From Basidiobolus meristosporus CBS 931.73 (taxonomy: Eukaryota; Fungi; Basidiobolomycota): DNA of 64,000 nt. The translations under genes and the position numbers were made by a program. The stretch covers positions 1-64,000 of the forward strand of contig MCFE01000192.1 in assembly GCA_002104905.1 (NCBI GenBank), in the 5' to 3' direction. Under the pieces are notes generated by a model. It was given only the letters and a program-made list of their open reading frames with translations, made no database searches and was not told the origin of the DNA. Below are positions 37,823-49,777 of this stretch, in pieces. Position 1 is the stretch's first letter. Every line of letters starts with the position of its first letter.

Positions 37823-38588
37823 CTAGTGATGCTTACCGTTGGCCACTCCCTTTTTCTTCTGCTCCGCGTAAACCGCCTTCCCGACCGCCACTTGCATGCG
37901 TTGCTGCAGCGCGGGACGATATCCCAACGCGAAGAGGATCTCGAGGAAGACGAAGAAGGGGGAGAAGAGTAGAACTAAGGGAAGATTGCGCGTAAGTACG
38001 ACTATTCAGCTAACGAGGAAAGCAAGATTTCGTAGGCAAGGTGGAGATGGAGCAGAGGGCTCCGAAAAGCGGGGGGGAGAATGCAGGGACTTACCATGGA
38101 TAAGGTTATCCCGGAAATTCAAGGGCTGTTTCTCGAAAAACCGGTGGGTGAACAGTTGCAGTCCCCAACAGGTCAAGTGGATGATGAGGGCCCACTGGAA
38201 GTAGTTTGGTAAAGCGTTGGAGAAGCGTAGGGAGTAATAGGCGGTGCACAGCAGTACCGGCGAGTAGAAAATCTAAATGGTTCAAATACTCGAAATGAGT
38301 AAGGTCTTCCCCGCGCGTTGGTTGCCAGAATATGCTTACCGCTGCCACAGGTTCCAGCAGAAAGTAGAAGGAGATATAACCCAGGACCGCCAACCAAGGA
38401 AGATGGACCGGGATGGGCTGACTGCTCCAAATATTCACGTGAAATAGGGGACCCAACTTCACGGTCAGCGTGAAGGCGCTCCAGAGCAACAGAGGAATGC
38501 CCACAACGTGGCTTACGATGTTGACCCTGTTGGCGTGGTGCTGGCCGTAGAAGATAAACTGCTTTTCAAAGTCAAGGTATCTGCTCAT
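37823..38588 (-). CDS. Mpo1/DUF962 family membrane protein (2-hydroxy fatty acid dioxygenase-like); 3 exons
   Basis: FEKQFIFYGQHHANRVNIVSHVVGIP; spliced HLTCWGLQLFTHRFFEK..DNL; PFFVFLEILFALGYRP. Confidence 0.85.
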
Positions 38589-39136
38589 ATTACGGGCTTT
38601 AGTGTGGGTGGGTTAGGTTAGAAAAGGCTTGCGGGTTTAGTGGGATGGGAGAACCAGGTTCCTCTGTTTTAAAGAGTTGGGCTGTTAGAGAGCTTAGCGC
38701 AATAAGCGACTGGTAGACACCACGTCAGTACGTTTTAGAGAGGTGCGCAGTTTGGAGAGGTAACCAAAGAGAATGGTGGAAAATCATTTAAATGCCTCGT
38801 TCCCAACAACCCCTCGAAAATGGATGCGATATATAGAAATACACATGTGTCTATGGAGATTTAGTCGGGCACCAATAGGATGTACCTCGCATGCATCCTT
38901 TATGCTAGTAAAAACCATTCGTGCCATGATTTATTAAATCGTGTTTGAGGATTGATTACTATTTGCTAGAGGCATGGTCTAGATTAAGGTTGAGACCACC
39001 AGAGTCCCCCATCCATCGTATCGTTCCAACCAAAGACTATGCAGCCATCTTCAACAAGTGTAATTTGAACGAGGTAAGTTTATTGAGCTTTGTCCAACCA
39101 GACAGGAAGTTCAACCGTGGATGGATTTGAAAGAAC

Positions 39137-39694
39137 TTATTCAGACTTGGTCTTGGGGCCCTTGGTCTTGGCAGTACCGCGGAACTTCTTGAGACGGTTC
39201 TTGCGCTCCTTGCGTTGCTTGCGAGAAGTGATACCATGCTCGCCAAGTCCGTGACGAACCAAGCGGTACTTGGGCTCGAACTTCTTGGCGGAATCCAAGG
39301 AGTCGTAAATGAGGGCAAACCCGGTGGACTTGCCACCACCGAACACGGTACGGAAACCGAAGCAGAAGACGTTCTCCTTGTCAGATTTGTACATCTTGGC
39401 GAGCTTTTCGCGAAGTTCGTCCTTGCTGATGTTGGCCTTGCCGGGGTGCAAGATGTCGACGACGAACTGTTTGCGTTGCAAAAGACGGTTGGTCAAGAAT
39501 TTGCGAGTACGAATGGTTACGGTGGCGTCGGCCTGCAAATAGTCAAACGAAATAATGTTACTTCCGGTTCCTCTACGACATATCTATCTATCTCAGATCT
39601 CCATCCATCCGTGCATTCCGGGATGATGATGATGATGATGATGACTACCCTACAGTGAATTCTCCTATTGATTAATCTGCTCTATACTGACCAT
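39137..39694 (-). CDS. RPS24: 40S ribosomal protein S24 (eS24); exon 1 is the ATG only
   Basis: [48 protein letters not shown]; ATG|gtcagt..ttgcag|GCC. Confidence 0.97.
39622..39642. repeat. (GAT)7 microsatellite in the RPS24 intron
   Basis: Seven perfect GAT units. Confidence 0.9.
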
Positions 39695-40107
39695 CTTTAT
39701 AGTTTCAGTCCTTGAACCACGGGGATATAGAAACACGGGAAAGAGAGAGATTCTTCCAAAGGTCGTTTACTTTATTCATCTCCATGAAAAAAATTCATCT
39801 GACTCAGCATATAATCGCTCCACCAATCACTCCGGTATAAATGTGCAGATGGTCAAATTCTGATCCGGCGAGCATGCATTTTGCTATGGGAATTTAACTG
39901 GATTGCTTAGCTCTATCCAACTTTGCAAGGGGAATTAAGCTGGATTACACATTGCCGCAGATGACGGTTGTATTTCGTTGTTACTGGTGTTGATGCGTCA
40001 GTCGGTGCTTTCGATGTCTCTTGAAGGGTGGCAATATAAATACAATTATGAACATATTTGTATTCAGGCATGGTGTGATCAACACTGGTTCTCGTTGTAC
40101 ATCTCCA

Positions 40108-42278
40108 CTAGCTCACCAATGAATGAATGCTCAATAGAGCTTGGGTTGAGTTCATGGCAGAAATCCAGGATAATCGTGCAAGTGGAGATATCACAAAGGG
40201 TCGATCCCTTTGGATGGACTCCGCATCTATCCAGCTAGAAGAGTTGAGTAAGTGCATGAAATTCTCAAATGATCCGAGTGGCATTACCAGCCGTGGCACT
40301 ATGTCCAATCGATTATGATCGCTAGCGATCTTAAATATTTGCTCTATGGTAACGAAAGTACGACTACTTGCGTCGAGTGACTCCTGCAGAGCATTGGCAA
40401 ACATGTCGACCGAAGTTTCGTTAAATGGAAGGTGATCTGGGCGCAGCACTGTCAATACCTCGGTCCACAATGAGGGGTGCTGGGAAACTTACCTCGTGCT
40501 ATCTCTGCAAAGCCATGGCTCGACAGATTGGTCAAGTCATCGGATGATCGTTCAGACGGATGACTTATCCACGAGCAGAATGTCAACGGCCCTTCGAGCT
40601 ATGATCAGAGAGTCATGCGATTAGGATTGCTCGAAGATGGCAGAGCCGACAATGCTTACCCCCGATAGAGAGCTGAATTGCCCAACATTTGCTATCCATG
40701 AATAGACTTTCTCTCGCCATGACACTGGCGTTATCGAAAGTAGCCAAACGCAATGCGCTCTATAGGTTGGCGAATCTAATGATTCGTTCTTCAGAATTCG
40801 GTCACGTAGTCTAAGAAAGTCGTCGTAATCGCACGGGCTCTGCGGCGGATTGCTGAGGAGACGGACCAGTTGGCCAAGGTATTCGGGATAAAACTAAGTC
40901 ATAGGATTTTAGTGTCGACAAAGGTTGGAACGATGGTTGTGGGGCCATACGTTTGGCAATTGCTCGGGCGGAGAATCCTCAAAAAAGCATTGGTTCCACC
41001 CAATAAATGCTCGGACAACACGCCAATCCGACGTATCCTGAATTAGCTTGACCAGAAAATCGAAGGCTTTAGGGCCTACTGCCGAGTTGTCGAGGGTTAC
41101 CCTGTACACTAGTGAGTTTCTGATGGCATCCCGTATATCGCGGGGTCTGAGGTAGCGACCAAACAATATAGTGTTGAGAACACTCGTCACCTGATCAGAG
41201 AAGCTGTTGATACTGGTGGCATAGTAGAAGTTAAAAGTTGCTACCACACTTACTTCATGCTCAAGGATAAGCGGAGAAAATATACACAGGCTATTGAACA
41301 ATGTTAGTACTCACTAATGTGGGGAGTATCCATACTGGGCAGCATACCTCTTCCTCGTACTTATATCCAAGCCATCGTATACAAATTGATTCACGAAGAT
41401 TATTTCCTTGATCAAGGCCTCCATGAAAACCAGTTGAGTCGCAGTTGAGATCTGCTTTCCCTCCGTCGCATCACTGTGGGCAATTCCCTTACATAGGCCC
41501 AGTACTTTTCAACAAGGCGAATGGAGTGTGGGCTTGTACAAAGGCGAATACAATCGATACACAGAATTGGGAGAAGCTCGGGCTAGTTTGAATACGATAT
41601 CCTTTGTAAGTTTGTTTTGATAAGGTAGTTGATGGTATCATCCTAGCATACCAGAAGCTGGGGATTTAATTGCAATGTATCGTCGATAAATGATATTAAT
41701 GTGTCTATCGATTCGTGGATAAGTAGTTCATCGACCTCATACGAAGAGAATCCACACTGTTGTGCGATAGGCAGCGCTTCAGTTACGGCAGAATTGCGAG
41801 TTTTGAGTAATTGACGAATGCTAGACAAACACCAGAAACTGGGGATAATCGAGGTGCGGATTAGAAAACTGAAGTAGGGTGAAGCATAAATAATGGTAAC
41901 CTCGAGCTCGAGTCGACATCTGTTTCGAGGTTTTCTTCCTCCGCAACATATTGGTTAAACAGGCAAGAAGTGACTTGGCGGTAGATTTCTGGACTGAAAA
42001 TTAAGGATTGATGACAGAGAGAATTGGTGGCTGCTTTTAAGATCTCCGAAGGGTCCTGGGGTTGGGATTCTTTTTGGTTTTTCTCTGTGTAGTGCTAGCG
42101 AGACGAAAATGAGTCGATCTTCCACAAAAATAATGCCAGCAATGAATACCTTCTCTAGATCCCATAGGGAACTTGAGAGCAAATGCCGGCTTTTCTGGTA
42201 CTCTGATAGTGATTGCGTCGTCAATTCAGGGACCTTTTTCCATTTATTTATTTCCTGTTCTGTTTCAAACCAATTCAT
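40108..42278 (-). CDS. Uncharacterised multi-exon protein (helical-looking); boundaries approximate
   Basis: Chain of open segments flanked by GT/AG sites (MNWFETEQEINKW.., EILKAATNSLCHQ.., IRQLLKTRNSAV.., YPEYLGQLVRLLS.., VLRPDHLPFNETSVD..). No family recognised. Confidence 0.5.
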
Positions 42279-42779
42279 CAACGTTTATGACATAGAAGAT
42301 TCCAGAGCACTTTAGGTGGAGGCAGGCTCTGAGAGATAGTAAAGAAATCACGAGATTATAATGAAAAGGAATAATGCTGTAAAGATCAACCAAATCCAAA
42401 CCCAAATCCAAATAAATACTCCGATCATGTATTATATATTATGGTTGATACCATGTTTTCACTTGATTTTCTTTCCCAAGCTGTCATATAGCCCAAATAG
42501 TGTGTATCGATTGTAATAGAGCCCTTTGCCGTACTAATCATTGAGCATAATCACTGCATGCAATCCAGAGATCCCCCAGCTATTCTTTGGACTGCATCGA
42601 TTGTCTGAAATTAACACGAGTAGAAGAATAGCCATCTACTGTCCATTTCGGTATAAGACTGATGATTTTGGGACAACCCATCAGGTTTACTCTCCCAAAA
42701 GCTGGTCCACCAGTTGGTAAAATGAATCATTAGAAAGTCTTTTTTACTAAAGCACATTCGACAAGGCTCTACTCCACCA

Positions 42780-43469
42780 ATGCACACAAATACCTTAAGC
42801 TCTGCAGATGATGGGAGTCACTCACCGAACCATTATACCAGAAGTCCAATAGAGACTAGCAGCTTGAGACACTACGCTACCGGATCGCTAGCCGTTCCCT
42901 CGGAAGCGTACACAAGTCGCAATTCAATCCCGGATTTCTACAATCCCCTAGCCAGCCCTTCAAGATCCTATGAGGAGATAGGCTATATGCCAGGCACAAT
43001 GGAGTACGAGCTCGCGGCTGACTATTTAAGGATGTCTATGGGAACCACATCCATCAATCAATATCAGACAAGATCATATCTATCCACCCCTACGCCGCCT
43101 CTTATAGTTGCGTCCCCAGCACACTCCAGCGTTTGCCCAAGTATCGGAAGAAAAGGTAAAGAGAAAGAGATCCACAACAGCCACGACAGTTCCAAACTCT
43201 ATCCCACCTCAGATCAACCGCTATTTTCCCAGTCCATCCCCATTGAAGATATCCATATAGAGCCCCATCATTACATGATCCCCACAGGGGCCTACCTCTT
43301 CTTATTTGGCTTTCTACTGATGCCGTTGTGGTGGCTGGGCTCCCGATATCCGAGGGTTCCCAACTCGAAGATGGAGCAACGCTGGAAGTGCTACAATCGG
43401 CTGATGTCGTTTATCTCGGTGTTTATTTTGTGTGGGATTTTTGCGTTCACCGTATGGGCATTAAGTTAA
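42780..43469 (+). CDS. Hypothetical membrane protein: low-complexity N-terminus, two C-terminal TM segments
   Basis: 229-aa intronless ORF ending GAYLFLFGFLLMPLWWLGSRY..EQRWKCYNRLMSFISVFILCGIFAFTVWALS. Confidence 0.65.
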   Translation: MHTNTLSSADDGSHSPNHYTRSPIETSSLRHYATGSLAVPSEAYTSRNSIPDFYNPLASPSRSYEEIGYMPGTMEYELAADYLRMSMGTTSINQYQTRSYLSTPTPPLIVASPAHSSVCPSIGRKGKEKEIHNSHDSSKLYPTSDQPLFSQSIPIEDIHIEPHHYMIPTGAYLFLFGFLLMPLWWLGSRYPRVPNSKMEQRWKCYNRLMSFISVFILCGIFAFTVWALS

Positions 43470-43761
43470 GAACGAATCTCCACCTTTGGCTATTTAACTC
43501 GATTACTAGCTGATGAGCTGTCGACTTCCAAATAAATACCCAGTTTGAAGTATGCATCACGAAGAACAAACCTGCTTGAACGATCGATTGTGAGAAGGGT
43601 GGTTTATTTGACAAGGACCAGTCTGCGCCAAATTACTGGGATGAGTTTGTATATCCCTCACATTACAGAAACAAATATTACATGGCAAAAGGAAATGTAT
43701 GATTAAAATGACACTAAACTAATCAAGAAAACATGTGTATATTCAGATAGGGCGGTATGCG

Positions 43762-45048
43762 TCATCTCGATCTGTGCTTCTTCATCTGCGATTGACATTC
43801 TTTACAGTACCACGCACCTTTGGGGGGTGCCTTGAGATCCACACACTGGTAGTGGAACCATTCGATTTCACACTGCCGGTACAGAATGAGTATCAAGCAT
43901 GCGCAAGCTTAGTTACTAGATTTCAATTTACCTCTGTGTTGTCGCACGCAATCATCTCTCCGAAAGATATTTGATTGCAATAGCAATAGGTGGGCTCATT
44001 CGGATCGATTGGTGACTCTTGGGAGTTTGCGCTTTAGGTGCCCGAGAACATTACGTTACTAACCTGATCTGCCGAAACTCCAGATGCTCACCTACCTTCT
44101 TTTCAACTTGTCTTTATGCGATCCATCCCGCTCCCTCCTGTGGGTTCGTTCCTTAAATCCATTCTGATTGTGAGGCCTTGTGGGTTTGTCCTGAGGCTTT
44201 TCAGTGTGATTGGAATCCACCCCTGACTCAGACGTCTCCGAATTCTCTTTACGATTACGCCTGCCTGTAACCGCGTAAACAAGCGTTAGAAAAGTTCAGG
44301 AGAACAACAAGGCGGTGTGGTGTAGAACCCGTCAGTAGAACGGAACTCAAACCCAAGCCCCACAAATCCTTCCTACAAAACCTTACCGTTTCTTCTCTCC
44401 CCGCGGCTTGGTTTTTTCTTTGTGGAGGGATTTTCATCGCCGCTGCTTGCTTGGTGGGTGGTTTCGTGTACGTTCAAAATGTTTCGGGAGTCGTAACGGG
44501 TTTGCTCAGCCTGCTCGTTGTCCAGGAAGCCTTTCCAATCCCTATCAAGTCTTGTAAGGTGTTTTTGAACCTAAAAAGATGCCAGTTTAGTAGTGCTATC
44601 GCCGGGATCAGCTAAAGTAATTCTCACCGTTTCGTGAAGAGTATCAGCCAACTGAACTCGCTCCGCCTCTGGCGAAAGTGTCTGCTTGACGTAATTGTGT
44701 AGCCTTCTTATGGCCTGATTTCGCTCCTTCATATTGTCCAGGGTAGATAGATTGATGTATGAATTGACTTCTTCGTCCAAATCACTGGTGAATTCTAGAC
44801 AACGAATACCCAGTGGTGAGTGTACATGGATGAGAGGTAAGGGGGGTTGGGTGGGAAATATTTGGAAACAGGCATACTTTGTGAGAATGCTTCCACTTCT
44901 TTGAACGACGTACAAAAACGCTGCAACTCCGAAGGCAACGAATCAAGAGCTAGTTGAAATGATACGATTAACTTGAGACAAACAGTATGGAAGTGCGCCA
45001 TCTATCTCCGGTATGCTTACTATCAAGATAATCTCTAACGTAGTCCAT
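43762..45048 (-). CDS. ING-family PHD-finger chromatin protein, multi-exon
   Basis: N-terminus MDYVRDYLD|[20 protein letters not shown]; C-terminus [25 protein letters not shown]|[26 protein letters not shown]. Confidence 0.92.
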
Positions 45049-45512
45049 AACGATGAAATGTCACACTCTGTCACCAAACACGCCGGTACGCTGGTAGAAT
45101 ACTTGTCAAGTAACAATAGACCCAGCAACACTAGCACATGCTTATCAGACGTCTAAAATACACTATATCTCAAACAAGTAACCCCATGTCGAAAAAAACC
45201 TTGTGATACAAGATCCGGTTTCCACTTCTGGTTGCTACGTGAGAAATGCATCCACAGCATCCGTTGATCTAATTAGACGGTCAAGATTGCTATTCAACCA
45301 ACTATTCAGAATCACCACAAACTGTTTATATGCTTATAATTTATGGTACATCAAGCAAACCCGAATCGACCTCGATAAGGTTACATATGAATGACAGTCA
45401 GAATTCCCTAAATAGTATTAAGCTGATCTCTTGCAGGGCTGGGGTACAGATGAATGCTGGCAACATCAGATGTGGTGTATCAATTTATTCGTTTATACGG
45501 ATTTGTACAAGT

Positions 45513-46405
45513 TTATAGAGCTTCAGCTTGCTCGACAGATTCGGTAGCTTCTTGGGCAACGGGAGCTTCAGCTTTTTTGGCGAAATCCTCAGAGATGGGC
45601 TCAGTGACGACAGGTTCATCCTTGGGCTCCATGACGGTGATCATGTCAGGAAGAGGGTTCTTGGGTCCGATCTTACCAGAAGGATCCCAATCCAACATGA
45701 TCTTGACCTTGATACCGAGAACACCTTGTCTAAGAAGGACGTGGCGGACAGCAGTGTCAATGTAGTCACGGACGGGTTGACCGGAGTGGATCATGAAACC
45801 GTCGGCGAACTTCATGGCCTTGGCACGGGCAGCACGAAGCTTACCAGAGATAACAACCTCGGCACCCTTAGCACCAGACTCCATGGCGAAACGAAGAACG
45901 GAGTGGGCGGCACGACGGACGGCAAGTCCGGCGAGCAACTTGTGGCGAACAGCCTCGCATTGTGCGACGGCACAGAGACCACGGTTGGCAACTCTCTCGG
46001 CGTAAAGCTCGACAGTGTTCTCGGGGAAGTTGAAACGCTTCTGGACAACAGAGGTCAATTCACGAATACGACGGCCCTTCTCACCAAGAACGTCTTGAGT
46101 ACGAGTAGCACGGATGATGATTTCAGTGCGGGCAGGGGTGACACGCACTTCAACACCGGAGTAACCCTCCTCGGCGAGTTCGCGGGTGAAGAACTCGTTA
46201 AGTTCAGCGTAGAAAACGCCATCGGCGACGAACTTGATTAAAAAATGGATGAGAATAAGCATCACAACAAACTGGCATAACTAGAATTCCACGCTACAAT
46301 GGATGGATAGCCGGCATTATAGATTCGTGAACTAAGCTAGTAAAGTGGAAATATAGAGAAGGTGGTTGAACGTACCTTTCTCTTCTTGGAGATTTGAGCA
46401 GCCAT
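45513..46405 (-). CDS. RPS3: 40S ribosomal protein S3 (uS3); 2 exons
   Basis: [10 protein letters not shown]|[43 protein letters not shown]. Confidence 0.98.
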
Positions 46406-46905
46406 GTTTGGAGTAGAGAGAGAAAACCATTTTGCATCCCATTCCCAATTATAACTGGCCCGAATCCCAATTCACAAGATCTACAATTTTTTTCTCTTTT
46501 TTTTCGATCTTTTCGTGGTTCTGGTTTTTATTCAGCCTATGTCCGGCATGCATGATCTCCAATATTGATGTCAATCATGCTTTGGAAATGCCTGCTGCTG
46601 GCAATCGATATTTTATACATGTTTTTATTGCGTGAGGGGCTGGGTCCAATGAACAGCCGACTAGTTTATTTCATCACGTGGGCCCATCGAATTATGCTCC
46701 CAGTAAATTAGGGTGAGTAATCAGGGACACAAAGAGCGAAGAAGCGTACGATATTGGCGAAAAAAAGCGTTTGTTTTCAGGTTGGGTAAACTTAGACAGA
46801 TAGAGGCTGTGGTGTACTCATTGTTTTGGCTTTAATTTACAATCTCCGTTCACCTACGCGTAAGCTTTCGAATCAACGCAACCCCTTCCTTCGAACATAG
46901 AAATC

Positions 46906-49183
46906 ATGGATATGGAAAAAAACGAGGAGCTGTACCCCGTTGCAGTTTTAATTGACGAACTCAAACACGAGGAAGTGAACCTGCGCTTGAATGCTGTCAA
47001 AAGCATCTCTACCATTGCTCTTGCCCTGGGCCCTGAGAGAACAAGGGAGGAGCTCATCCCCTTTCTCAATGGTATATATATATACATATGGTTTCTTATC
47101 TGCATCATCAGCCCTGAAGTCTGCTGCATGCTTTTTCCTGCTTTCAACGTTAATTCTTTTTGCCGGCATGTATATAGAATCCTTGGATGACGAAGATGAA
47201 ATTTTGATGACTCTGGCTGAGCAGCTGGGCGACTTTGTGGAGTATATTGGTGGGCCAGCCTATGCTCATGTCATCCTTCAAACTCTCGAAAACTTGGCCG
47301 CAGTTGAAGAAACCTCGGTTCGCACCAAAGTAGGCTGCCTTTCCGCTATTGTTAGACAGGCGCGCCTTCTGTTTGCTTTACTAAATATTTCAACCTCATC
47401 CGTAGGCCGTTGAGTCCTTATCCAAGATCTGTGAATCTTTGAACCAACAGCAGCTAGACGAGTACTACATTCCTCTCCTTCGCAGACTTTCAGCTGGTGA
47501 CTGGTTTACCAGTCGTACTAGCGCTGCCGGTCTTTATACCGCCGCTTATTCCTTGGCCACTCCAGCCGTCCAAGATGAGTTGAGACGGCTGTTTGCTCAG
47601 CTTTGTAACGACGACACCCCGATGGTTCGCAGAGCCGCCGCTTCCAACTTGGCCAAGTTCACCAAGAAAATCCAAAAGAGCCATGTGGTGGATGAGATCA
47701 TACCTTTGTTCAATACATTAGCACAGGATGAGCAGGTGCGGAGTTAGACCTTAGATTCAGCCATATATCCGTACCCCATTAGCACACATCTTTGCTAACT
47801 GAATGCTTGTAGGACTCTGTTCGCCTCCTTACCGTGGAGGACCTTATATCCATTGCTGAGGTTCTGACCTGTGAGGAAACAGAAGAGAAGCTTCTTGAGG
47901 TCATCCGTTCCCTGTGCTCTGACAAATCTTGGAGAGTCAGATACATGGTGGCGGAAAACTTTGTTCAGCTCAGCAAGGCTGCCGGTGCACGTGTTGTCCA
48001 TGAAGAGCTCATTGGCTACTTCATCAGCTTCTTGCAGGATAGTGAGGGTGAGGTCCGTAGCGCCGCCGCCTCCCAAGTCCCAGGTAGATGCTACTCAATG
48101 GAATGCCACCCTTGGGGAAATAGAGATTAATCGAGTTGCGTTTCTGAATAAGGTTTCGGGGAGATTATTGGCAAAGAGGATGTCCTTGAGCATTTGCTCC
48201 CGCATCTTAAAGACCTTGTTTCCGACCAATCCCAGCACGTCAGAGCCTCTGTGGCCTCTCATATCAGTGGCTTGGCCCCAATCCTTGGGAAGGAGGAGTA
48301 AGTCTTTTCCAGCCAGATTGAGTTAATGTATCCTAAACAGTGGTTCTAATTGATCGATGTGCATAGCATTATCCAGCACCTTCTTCCATTGTTCTTGGTT
48401 CTGTTGAAAGACGAGTTCCCAGATGTTCGACTCAACATCATCTCAAAATTGGAGCAAGTCAATAAGAGTAGGCTGTTCTGCACTCCGGGATGTTTGCTGC
48501 AACGTTGAGCTAAGATTTCCATATTTAGTCATAGGCATCGAGCTGCTTTCTCAATCGCTCTTGCCCGCTATTGTGGAGTTGGCTGAGGATAAGCAGTGGC
48601 GAGTACGACTTGCCATCATCGAATACATCCCCTTGTTGGCAAAGCAACTCGGTGTTGAGTTCTTTGACGAGAAGCTTGGAAACCTATGCATGTCTTGGTT
48701 GGGCGACAGTGTCTATTCCATCCGTGAGGCTGCCACCATCAACCTGAAAAAGCTGACCGAGGTTTTCGGGGTGGAGTGGGCAAAGCAAACCATCCTTCCA
48801 AAAGTCCTGGCTATGGCTGCACATCCTAACTACTTGTACAGAATGACAACCATCTTTGCTATCACGGTAAGTCAATCGAGCCCAGGCCCGTCCAAAACCG
48901 GCCCTAACGCCTTGCGATTCAATAGACCATGGCTTCTGCGGTCACTCCACAGGTGATCAAGGAATCCATCTTACCGACTGTGGCCAGCCTTATTTCCGAT
49001 CCCATTCCCAACATTCGATTCAATGTTGCCAAATCACTAGAAAGCCTAATTCCCTTGTTGAGATCATCCCCAGAGACGGAATCCGTGGTCGAGAGTGACG
49101 TCAAGCCCGCCCTACTCCAGCTGAGTGAAGACTCGGATGTTGATGTCAAATTCTTTGCCCAGCGTGCATTGTTGGCCAACTAG
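46906..49183 (+). CDS. TPD3: PP2A scaffold A subunit (HEAT repeats), multi-exon
   Basis: [83 protein letters not shown]. Confidence 0.97.
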
Positions 49184-49777
49184 GGAGCTCTTCTATATCC
49201 ACTGGGTTTCAATTCATCGACCCATATGTTTTGCTTTTCTGTTGAGGAACCACTCTTGACCCAGCTGTCGAGAATCCACCATTTCCACCACTTTTAAAAG
49301 AATGCTTGGAATCATTTTCAATGCTAGTTTCTGGAATTATTCTAACTTATCCATTGTCAAGCTACTAGAAAACAAGTAAACAAGTTTAACAAAACTACTA
49401 TTACCTTCATGCAAGCCGATCCTGATCCCATTCGGAATCGGGTTACTTTGCTAAGCCACAGTCTCTTTAGAGCTCAGCCACGATAACCATTCAATCATAC
49501 TAACCTAGTCCTCAGCAGCACATACAGCTTACTTAGAGTGTCAGATTGCAGGATGCGCAATCATTCGCCTACCAAATGGCTTTCTACGCATTATGCCTCT
49601 ACATTGATCTGTTCAGAATAAACATCGGGTGCGTTTCAAGTGCTGGTATAAATACCAATCCCGCAGAGTGAGAATGGTTGTCGATGACCCAACAAATTAA
49701 TCTCAACGAGAATCGCTAACCAAACATCTAAAGACTCCAAGTAAAATTAACCTATTCTCTAACGCTCACTATAAACC

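Noticed and set aside
39533-39691. Possible intronic snoRNA in the longer RPS24 intron
   Set aside because: No C box (RUGAUGA) on the transcribed strand and no H/ACA structure visible; the extra length is explained by (CAT)n and GATA/GGAT repeats.
45528-46241. 237-aa antisense ORF over RPS3, and similar shadows over RPS24, ATP4 and the transporters
   Set aside because: Same effect: strong C/T-ending codon bias in highly expressed genes removes antisense stops.
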